Counted from the stretch's first letter, positions 50,210 through 62,240 are shown. The stretch: 64,000 bases of DNA from Neoconidiobolus thromboides FSU 785 (GCA_025603075.1 MU626355.1:1-64000); one strand, 5' to 3'. Notes: generated by a model from the letters alone, not told the origin. Translations and numbers: made by a program.

Positions 50210-50968
50210 TTATTTAACTAAATAAATGGGCCAATAAGTACCTGGTTTCATATTATAATCCTCATCCGAGATTTGATAACGATAACGTTTGCCAGGTACT
50301 GGAGGCAAAAATGCATTTAAACTATCTTTGTCTTCCACAGTTAGCTTTAATTGAGCAATATTTTCCTCTAAAGTACCGATTTTAATTTCTTTACTTTCTT
50401 CTACTTCCTTATTTTCATTGCTTTCAATTTGTTTCATTGCTGGTTGATTCAATAATAACGCTACTTCTCCTTGTGTATAAGTTATTGTTTTTGGATAATT
50501 TCGACGCACATCTCGAGTAAAATAATAATTTTTACTTAATTTGGGACTAACTTCTCCTGGTGCCTGTTTATATGGAGTTTCGATGGAACTAAAAGAAAGT
50601 GAATTTTAGTATTACTTCTTGGATAAAAACACTCTAAGAATTTAATTCTACATCTTTGTTTTTTTTATTTCATTTTTTTATTTAATGTAAAATTGAAAAG
50701 TCTTAATGGTTCAATATTCAAATAAAAAATAGCATTTCATTGACAAAAATAGAAAACAAAAGTATCTTAAAACTTACCCAGGTGGTATACGGAATTCACC
50801 CACTTTCATAGAAGATTCAAGTAAGGTTGGATTCTATTATAATAAAACAAAATAAAAATCAATGAATACTGATTAAAACAAAATTTCTTTCATCTTTAAT
50901 TTCTACTAAATTTCAATTTCACTTACCACCGATAAATAATTTTTAAACATACGAAATAAGCTACCCAT
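50210..50968 (-). CDS. NDUFA7: Complex I accessory subunit, fungal 21.3a kDa/NUZM (NDUFA7-related), 3 exons
   Basis: Manual splicing gives MGSLFRMFKNYLSVNP..EFRIPPGS..LSKNYYFTRDVRRNYPK..TQGEVALLL..LPPVP. This matches the recalled NPYWKRDVRRNYP motif of the fungal 21.3 kDa subunit. Confidence 0.72.
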
Positions 50969-52240
50969 TTTCTTTCTTTTTTCTAATATCAAATACTAAT
51001 ATTTTATTATATTGTTTAAAAAAATAGGTTTAATTTCTAAATCTTAGATTATCTGTAAATTCAATCAATAAAAAGTTTAATCAAAAATTACTATCGATCC
51101 AAAAAAGAATGGGATTCAATCCAGCTTTTGGGATGATTTTCAAAGAGTGGCACTAGTATTCTTAAAACATTCAGAAATTGAAAAGTAATATAACTTAATA
51201 AACTAATAGCATTTAATATTATTAAAGATAAATCTATTTTTTATATCAATTTTTAATATAATAATAAAAATACTTGAATTTAGCATTGAAACTTAATAAA
51301 AAGATTATGCAGCTGGTCAGAATATACTTATTTCAGTTAAATTATCTTATATCTTAACTTAAACTAATGAATTATTTAAGAAAGTGTTCATCAAGATTCA
51401 AAGTTCAAGTTCTGTTGATAATATAAATAAAGAAATTATTTATTAAAAATAACATATCTATTAAAAAAGTGTTAAGTTTAAACTAAGATGTTATATATGA
51501 TTCATAAATTTAATAGGAAAGAAATTAACAGTAAATTAAAACAAAATAAAGGCATCCAAATGCAACCAGTTCTAAATTCTCTAATGTTTTATATTCTTAA
51601 ATTACATCCCTCATTATTACTGTAGAATTGAACTAATTAAAAATAAATGATGTATTAACAAAATCAAAGATTAAAGATATATCAGTTAAGTTGTTTCAAA
51701 AAGGTTATTGCTTACTTTTATGGAATGTTTTTAATTATACAGTAAAATGAGTCTGAAATAAAGGATATAATATTAACCTTCATTTAAAAGAATTCCAAAA
51801 ACTTAATAAGTTATAAATATTGGGCAAATAATAAACAATAAGGTTGTTTAAACTCTATTTGTCATTTAAATGATGTACTTGAGTTATTCCTAAAAAAAGT
51901 ATCATTCAATTGATGTTTCATTGGTTTTTAATTCAAACTAGTTCTCAACCTGATCTCATGTTCAAAAAAGACGCTTTTGTTATCCATGACAGTATGTCAC
52001 TCTCAAATATTATACTGTTATTGAGCCTGATTATTCCTTTATATTTTTACTAACCTTGTTAGAACAGCTTGCAATTAAATATTCTTTGTTGTTTTTAATC
52101 TGTAGTCAAAATTTTAAGATAAATTTAAGGATATATAGAAAGTTGTAACCCTTAAATTCATACTAAAAAAAAACAATTACAAATTAGAAGCAACGACAAG
52201 TATTTCAAGTTGCTCTATATTAACTAGTTTACGGTTGAGG

Positions 52241-52480
52241 TAGAGAACTGGTATAAAAAAATTACTAATAAATTTCTCAGATATAATTCAAACTTTGTAT
52301 TGCTTTTGTCAAAATTGATTACAGTAAAATGCAATAATATGTTAAGATAAAAGTAAGAGTTGGTATATAAAAAATCAGTTGTATTTACTTTTTAATTTAA
52401 TTGACGTTTTTTGGGTTGAGTTTTGATTCTATATAAAAGATTTGTTTTTTGTAGGAGACTGATTTTATACCAGTTCTCTA
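52241..52480. mobile_element. 240-bp non-autonomous TIR element (second MITE family)
   Basis: Perfect 18-bp inverted repeat TAGAGAACTGGTATAAAA / TTTTATACCAGTTCTCTA, i.e. TA plus a 16-bp TIR. It lies in a ~450-bp segment absent from the duplicated promoter at 55940-55975. Confidence 0.6.
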
Positions 52481-52686
52481 AAACCTCAAGCTGGTTTATT
52501 CACTAATATCTTGGTTTTAATGAAAAAGAGGATTTTAAAGGAAACTGGCCTGCACATTTGAAATAAAAATTCACACAATAGTTCTATTTATGAAAAAAAT
52601 GTTAGTCAATTTTTATATAAACAGACTTTTTTAATTTTCTTAACTTTTAACTTTCATAAAATTCAATTTATAAGTTACTTTTTTAA

Positions 52687-53592
52687 ATGGAGGATTATGA
52701 CTTTCTCTTTTCAATCAACTATCTTATTATAGCTTTAGCATTTGTAGTTATTTTTTTAAACACATTTTTGATCTATTTCTGCTTTAAAGTGAGACCATTT
52801 TCGAAGGATTTGAAATTAATTGTAGCTGTAGCCTCAGTAGAACTTTGTGCACCATTAGTGACATCCATCGATTATATATATTACTTTATATATGACATAA
52901 AATTGATTAAAATTAATTTGGGTTGCCAAGTTCTGGGATTTATTATAACAAGTGCCTATTATTATGAGATTCAATTAAACGTATTTTTGGCTTTGGAAAG
53001 ATTATGTAAAATATCTGAGATTAAATTATCAAAATACGTATATATGGCAATACATCTAAACGGATTAGGTTTTATTGGATTAGCAATTTACAATGTATCA
53101 CAACATTTAATGATACCATCTGCTACTGAAATAATATGTGTGCATCCCGTAGTAAACTCAACTATTGGGTTTGTCACGTACTATTATTTAATATTTAGCT
53201 TTCTCTTTGGAATTATGATTATCACTTATTGCTATTATAAATTAGCTAGGAATATAACGAATAGACAAAAGTTTGTAGAAATTGAAATTAACTGTAATAT
53301 AAATCGACCCAAAAGTAATGAAAATCATAAATTTAATATAGTTTTTATCAAATTATATACAATCTTAGCCATTTATACTACTTGTATGTTTGGCTCGTTT
53401 TCATTCCACTTAATAGACAGTATTCTTCATTTTGTTTATGGTAAAGTAAACGCAACTATTCTTATTATAAATCAACTTGGTGAAATCTTGTTTCTTGTTG
53501 GTATTTTGGCAAATTCAATTTTCTTTTTAATGCTACACACAGGTATTGCAAACGAAGTGAAGAAATTTTGTTCTAATATTAAATGTTGGTAA
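52687..53592 (+). CDS. Class A-like 7TM receptor, single exon, 301 aa
   Basis: Close paralog of 36197; same motifs. Confidence 0.75.
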   Translation: MEDYDFLFSINYLIIALAFVVIFLNTFLIYFCFKVRPFSKDLKLIVAVASVELCAPLVTSIDYIYYFIYDIKLIKINLGCQVLGFIITSAYYYEIQLNVFLALERLCKISEIKLSKYVYMAIHLNGLGFIGLAIYNVSQHLMIPSATEIICVHPVVNSTIGFVTYYYLIFSFLFGIMIITYCYYKLARNITNRQKFVEIEINCNINRPKSNENHKFNIVFIKLYTILAIYTTCMFGSFSFHLIDSILHFVYGKVNATILIINQLGEILFLVGILANSIFFLMLHTGIANEVKKFCSNIKCW

Positions 53593-54469
53593 TTGAATAT
53601 AAAGTTTTGTAAATTTGATATTTTATTTCAATCAATAAAAAGATCATTTTTCTTCTACTTTTGGGTTGGGTTACATAGATTAAAGTTTGACTCTATAAAG
53701 CTAAACTTCCTTAAGTCTAAAGCAGATGAAGCCAAATTAGTCAAATTTTTATCTCTTCTTTAACTCCTTTCTCTTCTCCGTTAGTTCCTAACTCACTTAC
53801 GATTTAGCTCCTTTATCCTTTTTCTTACCTCTGATAATAAACTACTTAGGAGTTTAACTCCTTCAAAAATTTATTTAAAAAAGATGTTTTTATTTCACTG
53901 CTTTACATAGTTTTTAAAGAATATCTTTGGCAATATCAACTTGAGTTATGTATTGGATTACATCATTTAGTTAAGGCTCTACCATTTTTTCCGTCATAAT
54001 CATATCTACTTAAGCAATTCTCCTTTCCCAAGATATTATAAAGTACTTTTTTTACTTACTAAATTAATATTCAAACATAAGATAAGTTTATTTATCATGT
54101 TTTGACTTTTTTTTAAAGTCTTGAATCCAATGAAGGACATAGGTTTTATTAAATTAAAAAATAAGGAGGAGAAAGCTGGTGGCCATTTGGGATGTGGATT
54201 TCTTTCTTTGGAGTTGCAATTAATTCTTAAGAATGATGGTTGAGTGGCAGTTGACAACGCCATACGCTGTCCCACGAGGAGATTGAGTGTTAGTAAATCA
54301 GTATCCAGGTCTCAATCTGAATGTCCATATTGTGAATGGTAGATAATCTAGAGGACTAAGGATATTTTGAATCATTACTGTTAAAATTTCTTTGCAGCCT
54401 GTTCAAATATTTTTCTTGAGACAAATGTGATAAATTAAAAATATTGGACAAGTAAATTTAGTGCAATTT

Positions 54470-54522
54470 TAATAATAATAGTAATAATAATAATAATAAT
54501 AATAGTAATAATAATAATAATA

Positions 54523-54553
<31 letters not shown>

Positions 54554-54581
54554 TAGTAATAATAATAATAATAATAATAAT
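54470..54581 (+). repeat. (TAA)n microsatellite with periodic TAG interruptions
   Basis: Directly visible. It explains the poly-Ile ORF 54435-54635. Confidence 0.95.
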
Positions 54582-56162
54582 TACTTTTATTTCTTTATAT
54601 AATTTTATTAATAACTTTAGAGTAAATAAGTACATTCATTATATCAATCTTTTTTTTAAATCTCGAGCCCAGTTGAGTAAGTGTTTTATTAAATAGTTTA
54701 TAGAAGAAGTTGAAATCAATATATCAACTATTATTAACAAAAATTAGATTAACTATTAATAATTATATAAAGGGTGATAAAAATTATAGTTTATTATACT
54801 TTTCTTTTAAATTTAAAGGCTGTAGGACTTTGTACTTTATTAGTTTAAGATAAAGAGGTTGAATGAGAGCCACTAAGGAAGTGTGTAGTCAAAACATGGG
54901 AGTAATTCACAGAAACAAGTGAACGAGTCCAAATTTATTAAATTTTTATTTGTTACAGTTAAATTACAAAAATAATTTAATTTAAATTAGTTATTATTTG
55001 AAAAAGATATTGATTGAGGCTCAAAAATTGAGTTCTTTTGACAACACTAATAAGGAAATTTTTCATTAAAGACGATAGTTATTAATGTGTTATTAAGTTA
55101 CAACTCACTCCGCTAAAAAATCCCATCAATTATCAAACAATTTTTTTAATATTATATATGAAATAGCTTTTTTTTTGGTTTTTATTCTGTATAAAATTAA
55201 GCAAAATCATTAATAAGATATTGAAACAAAAAACTTTTTTTATGCAAAATTTTGAAGTCAAAAGGCTCTCAAGTGTTTTATTGTTGAAAGAAGGTTGAAA
55301 TATAATTAGTAATTAAAGTTACTGGGGAAGCAATAGATAAATGTAAGAATAAGAATTAAGGGAAAGGTAAACTATTTCCACTTCTTTACATTGAAAACAA
55401 TTACAATGTCAGGTGGGTTACCTGATACATAGCTGAAACATTTTAATATCTATGTTCTCTAATATTTTTTAATTCTTAAATCACATCCCTTATTATTAGT
55501 GTATAATCAAATTAAAAATAAATTGGGTGTTAACTAAATAAAATATAAAAATCAATTTATAGTCATCAAACTTGTTTAAAAGGTTCATTATTCAATTTAT
55601 GGAGTATTTTCAAGTATGTAGTAAGGTGAGTTTACAACATTGAATATAATATTAACCTCTATTTAAAAAACTTAAAAAAACTTTAACAAGCTACAAGTGT
55701 TAGGTAAATAATTAACAAGATTGTTTAAATTTCTCATTTGTCATTTAAGTGGCGCATTTGAAAGCTATTCCTAAAAATTATCATTTAATTAATGTTTTAT
55801 TGGCTTTTTATTCAAACAAATTCTCAAGTTTGATCTCATATTTAACAAAAAATGCCTTTGTTATGCATGATAGCATGACACCTTTAAATATTATACTTTT
55901 ATTCTTTATGTTATTATCAAATTTGACTATTCCTTTCTATTTTTACTAAACTTACTATATTAAGTGGTTTACCCACCAATATTTGGAAATTTGAATGGAA
56001 AAAGTGATTCTAATAGAAATTGGTGTGCGCTTTTTATCAAACTTTAGACAATAGTTCTATTTATAAAGCGAAGCTTAATTATAGTTAATTTTTATATAAA
56101 TAGGCTTATATAACTTTTTACTTTAAACTTTTCTAAAATTAAATTTTAGCTTAATTTTTTAA

Positions 56163-57074
56163 ATGGAGGATTATGACTCTCTTTTTTCAATCAACTACTT
56201 CATCATAGCTTTGGCATTCGTAGCTGTATTCTTAAATACATTTCTAATCTTTTTCTGTTTTAAAGTAAGACCGTTAGGAGCAGATTTGAAATTGATTATA
56301 GCGGTAGCCTCAGTAGAACTTTGTGCACCATTAGTAACATCTATTGATTATTTATACTACTTTATACACGGTATTAAACTTATCAAAACTGAAATGGGTT
56401 GTCAAGTGCTTGGATTTATTATAACAGGAGCTTATTATTATGAGGTTCAAATTAATGTATTTTTAGCTTTAGAAAGGTTGTGTAAAATATCCGAAATGAA
56501 ATTATCAAAATATGTATACATAATAATTCATACAAATGGATTAATTTATGTTGGATTAGCTATATATTGTGTATCACAACATTTAATGATACCATCTGCT
56601 ACTGAATTGATATGTATGTATCCTGTAGTAAACTCAACTATTGGATTGATCACCTATTACTATTTAATATTTAGTTTTCTCTTTGGAATTATGATTATCA
56701 CTTATTGCTATTATAAATTAGCTAGGAATATAACTAAGATGAAAGAATTCGTACAACTTGAAATGAACTCTAACTCTAATATAAATAGGCCTAAAAGTGA
56801 TAGAAAGTCCAGATATAATATAGTATTTATCAAGCTATATACAATTTTAGCCATTTATACTACTTGTATGTTTGGCTCCTTTTTATTTCATTTACTAGAT
56901 AGTATCCTTCATTTTGTTTATGGAAAAGTAAACGCAACTATCCTTATTATGAATCAACTTGCTGAAATTTTATTCCTTGTTGGTATTCTGGCAAACTCAA
57001 GTTTCTTCCTAATGTTACATACGGGTATTGCGAACGAAGTTAAAAAGTTTTATACTAAAGTCAGATGCTGGTAG
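56163..57074 (+). CDS. Class A-like 7TM receptor, single exon, 303 aa
   Basis: Close paralog; same motifs. Confidence 0.75.
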   Translation: MEDYDSLFSINYFIIALAFVAVFLNTFLIFFCFKVRPLGADLKLIIAVASVELCAPLVTSIDYLYYFIHGIKLIKTEMGCQVLGFIITGAYYYEVQINVFLALERLCKISEMKLSKYVYIIIHTNGLIYVGLAIYCVSQHLMIPSATELICMYPVVNSTIGLITYYYLIFSFLFGIMIITYCYYKLARNITKMKEFVQLEMNSNSNINRPKSDRKSRYNIVFIKLYTILAIYTTCMFGSFLFHLLDSILHFVYGKVNATILIMNQLAEILFLVGILANSSFFLMLHTGIANEVKKFYTKVRCW

Positions 57075-58248
57075 CTTAGTGAATAGTCCATATGAATTTG
57101 CTGTTTTATCTCAATTAATAAAAAAAAGTCCTTTTGTTTCACTATTTTTTATTGTTTTAACAGCAATCTTTAACATCAACTTAGACTACATAGCTAATTA
57201 CATCACTTAGCCAAGAACCTATTGTTTTTTCCACCTCACTCCACTTATTATAAAACTATTCTTCTTTCCCAAGATGTTATAAAGTACCTTTTTATTTATA
57301 CTACTAAATTAATATTCAACTATAAGGAAAGTCTATTCTTTATACTTTCTGTTTATAATGCTTTTTAATATTTTATTACTTATATGATGTTTTTTAATAA
57401 TAGATTGTTATTAATCTGTGGGAATAATTGAAATTTTATAAATAGGTAATCATGATGTAATAAACTAAAAGGAAAAACAATAATGAACTTAATACTAAAA
57501 GTACGAATTTTAAAGGAGAGATACAATGAATTATTAAAACTTATATAAGTATTATAGAAGTTCCACGAACATAGAAAAAACATCATTCTACAATATGGTA
57601 CTCTCATGGTTTAATAGCTATACTTGACAAAAGCAACTGATATCTTATTTAAATTAAACAATATTTATAATATTTTTGGTAGCGTCTTCAAAGCTTCAAC
57701 TATCTAACATTTTTGGTAAAAATAATTGTAATCTCATTTTTTTATTACTTTTTTTATAAAGATAATTAAACTTTTGTATAAATGCTATAACATAATAAAT
57801 TGGTTCCCTTTTTCAAATAAGAACACTAAATTACATTAAGCTAAATTTAAATTCCAAATAAAGTAATAAATCTCATTTTTATGAGCTATGAAATTTAGTA
57901 AGCTTTAAAAATGATAAAAATAATAGCTTTATTTTAAAATATATGGCCATTTGTTATACTAAACTTTGTAATGCTAATACTCTATTTTTAATAATAATAA
58001 CCAATTTGTATATTAAACTAATAACTTTAATGGAGTATATCAAGTAGATTTTAGTAAATAATATTAAATAAAACCAAAATCAATAGAACTATTAGTATTA
58101 GACCTTAATATTTTATTCCCCATATTTGTTAGAGGAACACATAAAGAACAAGATATACAGGCTTTTGTATCATTACTATAATAAGTACTAGTATTAGTCT
58201 TTCAGATACAAATAAGAGTTGCCTTCTATCTTTTAAAATTATATTAAG

Positions 58249-59153
58249 ATGAGTCAATCTGGATTCTTTGCATTTCTAAGTATTGCTACTATAGCCTTAA
58301 TTGCCATTACTATACTACTAAATGCTTTTTTGATTTATTTGTCTTCACGCATTAAGCCATTAACAAAAGATTTAAAATTGATCATTGCTATAGCATCTGT
58401 AGAGTACCTTGTGCCAATAGTAGTAACAATAAATATGATTTATTCTGCTGTAAAGAAGGAAAGCTTACTAGATATTGGGTTGGGTTGCCAAATCCTTGGT
58501 TTTTTACTACAGCAGCTTATTACTATGAGATCCAATTAAGTGTGTCTTTAGCCATAGAAAGGATATGTAAAGTCTTAGATATTAAATTATCAAAATATAT
58601 ACGTCCAGTAGTACATATAAATGGATTAATTTATACAGTCTTAATGATTTTATGTGGATCGCAACATTTAATGGAGGCATCTAGTTCTAAATTAATATGT
58701 ATATATCCAGTAGTTTATTCAATCATTGGATCAATTGCATATTATTATTTGCTTTCTACTTTTACTATTGGGATTTCTGTGATATCTTATTGTTATTATA
58801 GATTAGCTAAGGATATTACTGATATGAAAAATTTCGTTGAAATTAAAATATCTCCAAATCCATCCAAACTTAAAGATGACAAGCTCTCTTCTTACAAGCT
58901 AATCTCTATTAAATTATACACTATTTTGATTATATACTCTACTTGTATGTTTGGATCTATTTTGCTTTATTTTTTTGCTGGAATTTTTCAGTACGTCTAT
59001 GGAGAAGTGAATGTGACTATCCTTGTTATGAACCAGCTCGCAGAAACTTTGTTTCTTATTGGTATTTTAGCAAACTCAGGTTTACTTCTGGTATTACATA
59101 GAGGTATTGCAAATGAAGCAAAGAAAGTTTATACTTATATTAAATGTTGGTAG
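58249..59153 (+). pseudogene. Class A-like 7TM receptor with one -1 frameshift at the T6 run 58500-58505 (pseudogene or sequencing error)
   Basis: The ORFs 58249-58539 and 58485-59153 join into a full 301-aa paralog if one base is restored after LGF. No other lesion seen. Confidence 0.65.
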
Positions 59154-60910
59154 CCAATATAAAGATATTCAATTTTTATTACTATGATAAAAACATAATT
59201 TTCCTTTTAATATTCAATATTTAATTAAACCTAATCACATCTGTTGAAAATAATCCTAACTTTACTTTGGAGCTTTTACTTGAGACATTTTGATTTTTTC
59301 ATACCCTATACTCACAACAATACAATTGTTTTTACTAGATATAAATGTTAGGCTTAGAGTACTGAATGTTTCAATATATATAATTAGATCATGATTTCTA
59401 ATCAATTATATATCAATTGGGTCAGTTTTTTAAAATTCAATACCCAAAGGATTAACTCAATTTAAACCATGTAAGCATTTTCATTCATAGTACTCAAGAG
59501 GTTAAAAAAAGTAGTTATTGGCTTATGAAAATGTACAAAACAGGGGAGTAGTCTACGAAAACAAGCTGGGAACTTACCCAAACTATTATCATATTTTGTG
59601 AACTTGTGAAAATCGTAATCTGGACTATTTACTTATTTAGTAATGTGTAACATATCTTTATTTATACACTTATTATTATTACCTGAAAAACTAGAGTTAT
59701 TGTAGGATAATTTATACAATTGCTGAAGTTCTATTGCAATCTAATTAACTGTTCATTTAGAATAAATTTTTGCTAAAATCTAAAGATTAGACAATAAAAA
59801 TAGATAAATGAATAACCAATTCTATAAATATTGTCGCAAGTTAGGTCACAATAAAGTTGCAATAATTGTATTTAAGTAGATAAGAATTTAATTTAATTTT
59901 TTTTAGTTTGATTCAGACTTAATTTTACAAAAATCATACTAAGATTTTTTATTTTGTTTTGTTATTTTGTATTTCCTTTATATAACATGAAACTTAAATT
60001 TTACTAAAAATGGAAATAAAAGAACAATTAATAGATAAGGTTATTTAACATTAAAGGTTAGTTATTTTTATAGTATTTAGATCAATTTGCCAATCCGAAT
60101 AATTAACACTGAAAGAAATTGAGTCTTGGATTTAAGTCGTTCTATATTGCTATTAAGTTTTTCATAAAATACTGTACCTCCATTTATCAAGAAAAAGCAA
60201 TGAAGCTACTGATTATAATTTTAATTTTTGTAAGTTTTAAAGAAACAATTTGTGATAAAATGAAAAATGATGATAAATAAAGTAAAAATATCTTATTATT
60301 GTGATCTTTGACTTTTACCATTCAATATTTCTCTTAAAAAGTCAAGAAACTTTCAGAACAACTCCATATAGCTTACATTGGAGGACGGAGCTGTCAACCA
60401 CTATTTAATTAAAATAATCTAAAATAAGGTCAATTATAAAATTCAATAAAATCTTTATTTATAGCAATATTGCCTAATACTTCCTATTGCTTAAGTACCA
60501 CTTGTTTTTGACTTTTTCCAGAATTGTTCCTTGCTTTACATTTTATTGGCTTCTATTTTGAAACAGTTCTTTACATTGCCAATTTTTATTTGAAACTGAA
60601 ATCATTATTGTAGATGATAGCATGAAGCCTTAAAGTATTGTAGCTTTATTCTGTATATTACTATCAAATTTTAATAAAGGATCTGTTGTCTAACATATTT
60701 GCTACATAACTAGCTTGTTTACGTAAAAAGACCTTTAAAATTTAATCAAAAATAGAATATTATAGGAAATTCAGGTGCATTGATATTTAAAAAACAAGAA
60801 TTTTTCTTCTTTTAAACTTTAAGCTATAGTTGATTATTATATAAATAGATTAATTTAATTTTTTTTACAATTTTTTTTAGAACTATTAGTTTTTACAACC
60901 TGTTTATTAA

Positions 60911-61825
60911 ATGGAAGATTATGATTCTCTTTTTTCAATCAATTACCTTATCATAGGTCTAGCCTTCTTAGCAGTAATTCTAAACAGCTTTCTAATTTAT
61001 ATCTGTTTACATGTTAAGCCATTAACAAAAGATTTAAAATTAATAATAGCAGTAGCCATGGTAGAATTTTGTGCCCCATTAGTGATATCCTTAGATTATT
61101 TATATTACTTTATAGAAGGTATAAAACTTATTGATACTAAGATAGGCTGCCAAGTACTCGGATTCATTATAACAATTGCCTATTATTATGAAATTCAAAT
61201 AAATGTATTTTTAGCTTTAGAAAGGTTGTGTAAAATCTCGGAAATTGAGTTACCAAAGTATGTATATTTGATAATTCATCTAAATGGATTAAGCTTTATT
61301 GGGTTAGGAATCTACTGTGTATCACAGCATTTAATGGTACCGTCAGCCACACAACTAGTATGTATGTATCCAGTACTAAATTCAATTGTTGGAGCAGTTA
61401 CTTATTTTTATTTAATTTTTAGCTTTTTCTTTGGGATTATAATAATCTCATATTGCTATTATAAATTAGCTAGAAATATAACAAATATGAAAAAATTTGT
61501 AGAAATTGAAATGAATTGTAATTCAAACCGAGTTAAAAGTAGTAGAAATACCAAATATAATGTAGTTTTTATTAAGTTATATACGATTTTAGCTATCTAT
61601 ACTACTTGTATGTTCGGTTCCTTTTTATTTCATTTGTTAGATGGTGTATTTCATTATGTCTTTGGTAAAGTAAATGGCACTATTCTTATTATGAATCAAC
61701 TTGCTGAGATACTATTTCTTATTGGTATATTAGCAAACTCAAGTTTCTTTCTAATATTGCATACTGGTATTGCAAAAGAAGTGAAGAAGTTTTATATTAG
61801 TATTATGATGTTTTTTCATAAATAA
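60911..61825 (+). CDS. Class A-like 7TM receptor, single exon, 304 aa
   Basis: Close paralog; same motifs. Confidence 0.75.
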   Translation: MEDYDSLFSINYLIIGLAFLAVILNSFLIYICLHVKPLTKDLKLIIAVAMVEFCAPLVISLDYLYYFIEGIKLIDTKIGCQVLGFIITIAYYYEIQINVFLALERLCKISEIELPKYVYLIIHLNGLSFIGLGIYCVSQHLMVPSATQLVCMYPVLNSIVGAVTYFYLIFSFFFGIIIISYCYYKLARNITNMKKFVEIEMNCNSNRVKSSRNTKYNVVFIKLYTILAIYTTCMFGSFLFHLLDGVFHYVFGKVNGTILIMNQLAEILFLIGILANSSFFLILHTGIAKEVKKFYISIMMFFHK

Positions 61826-61917
61826 TCATCTAATTTTTCAAAGAAAAAAAAATAAGCAAGTTTCAATTATAATATCAATTTTTGTTTTATATTTTTAATA
61901 AAATATCTTTTTTGATT

Positions 61918-62022
61918 ATATGGGAATGTATTTTTGTGTTTAAGAATTTTGCTAATAAATTTCTCTCAAATAGTGCTTAAAAAATGGAAAAAGTAATGAA
62001 GTCAAAAAAAACACCCCCATAT
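61918..62022 (-). mobile_element. Hairpin/MITE-like repeat, copy 12 (reverse), between the convergent receptor and chitinase genes
   Basis: ATATGGGAATGTATTTTTGTG...CAAATAGTGCTT...AAAACACCCCCATAT. Confidence 0.78.
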
Positions 62023-62240
62023 ATTGTTTATTTGAAAAAAAATTCAAAAATGGTTGAATATCCCAAATCTATATTTTTAACATTTTAGACTTGCCCAAAA
62101 AAATAAAAAGGATTTTAATATGACTTAATAAAACAACTAATTATCAATTTTTATTTTAATGTTTTTTAAAGTAATATTGAAGTTTAAAATATAAAATTTA
62201 ATAATAATAATAAAACTATTTATATTTTTATTTCATTAAT

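Larger units (their letters stand above)
51603..57325 (+). repeat. Tandem segmental duplication: 51603-~54080 and 55483-~57325, each with a receptor gene plus flanks
   Basis: Alignable non-coding blocks, e.g. TTTGTCATTTAA..TATTCCTAAAAA..TCTCAA..GATCTCAT upstream, and TTTCCCAAGATRTTATAAAGTAC..CTAAATTAATATTCAA downstream. Confidence 0.8.

Noticed and set aside
54435-54635. Poly-Ile ORF
   Set aside because: It is the antisense reading of the (TAA)n microsatellite.
982-62022. The ~105-bp repeats as a CRISPR array or tRNA/SINE
   Set aside because: Dispersed, both orientations, no regular spacers, eukaryotic context. No A/B boxes, cloverleaf or poly(A) tail.
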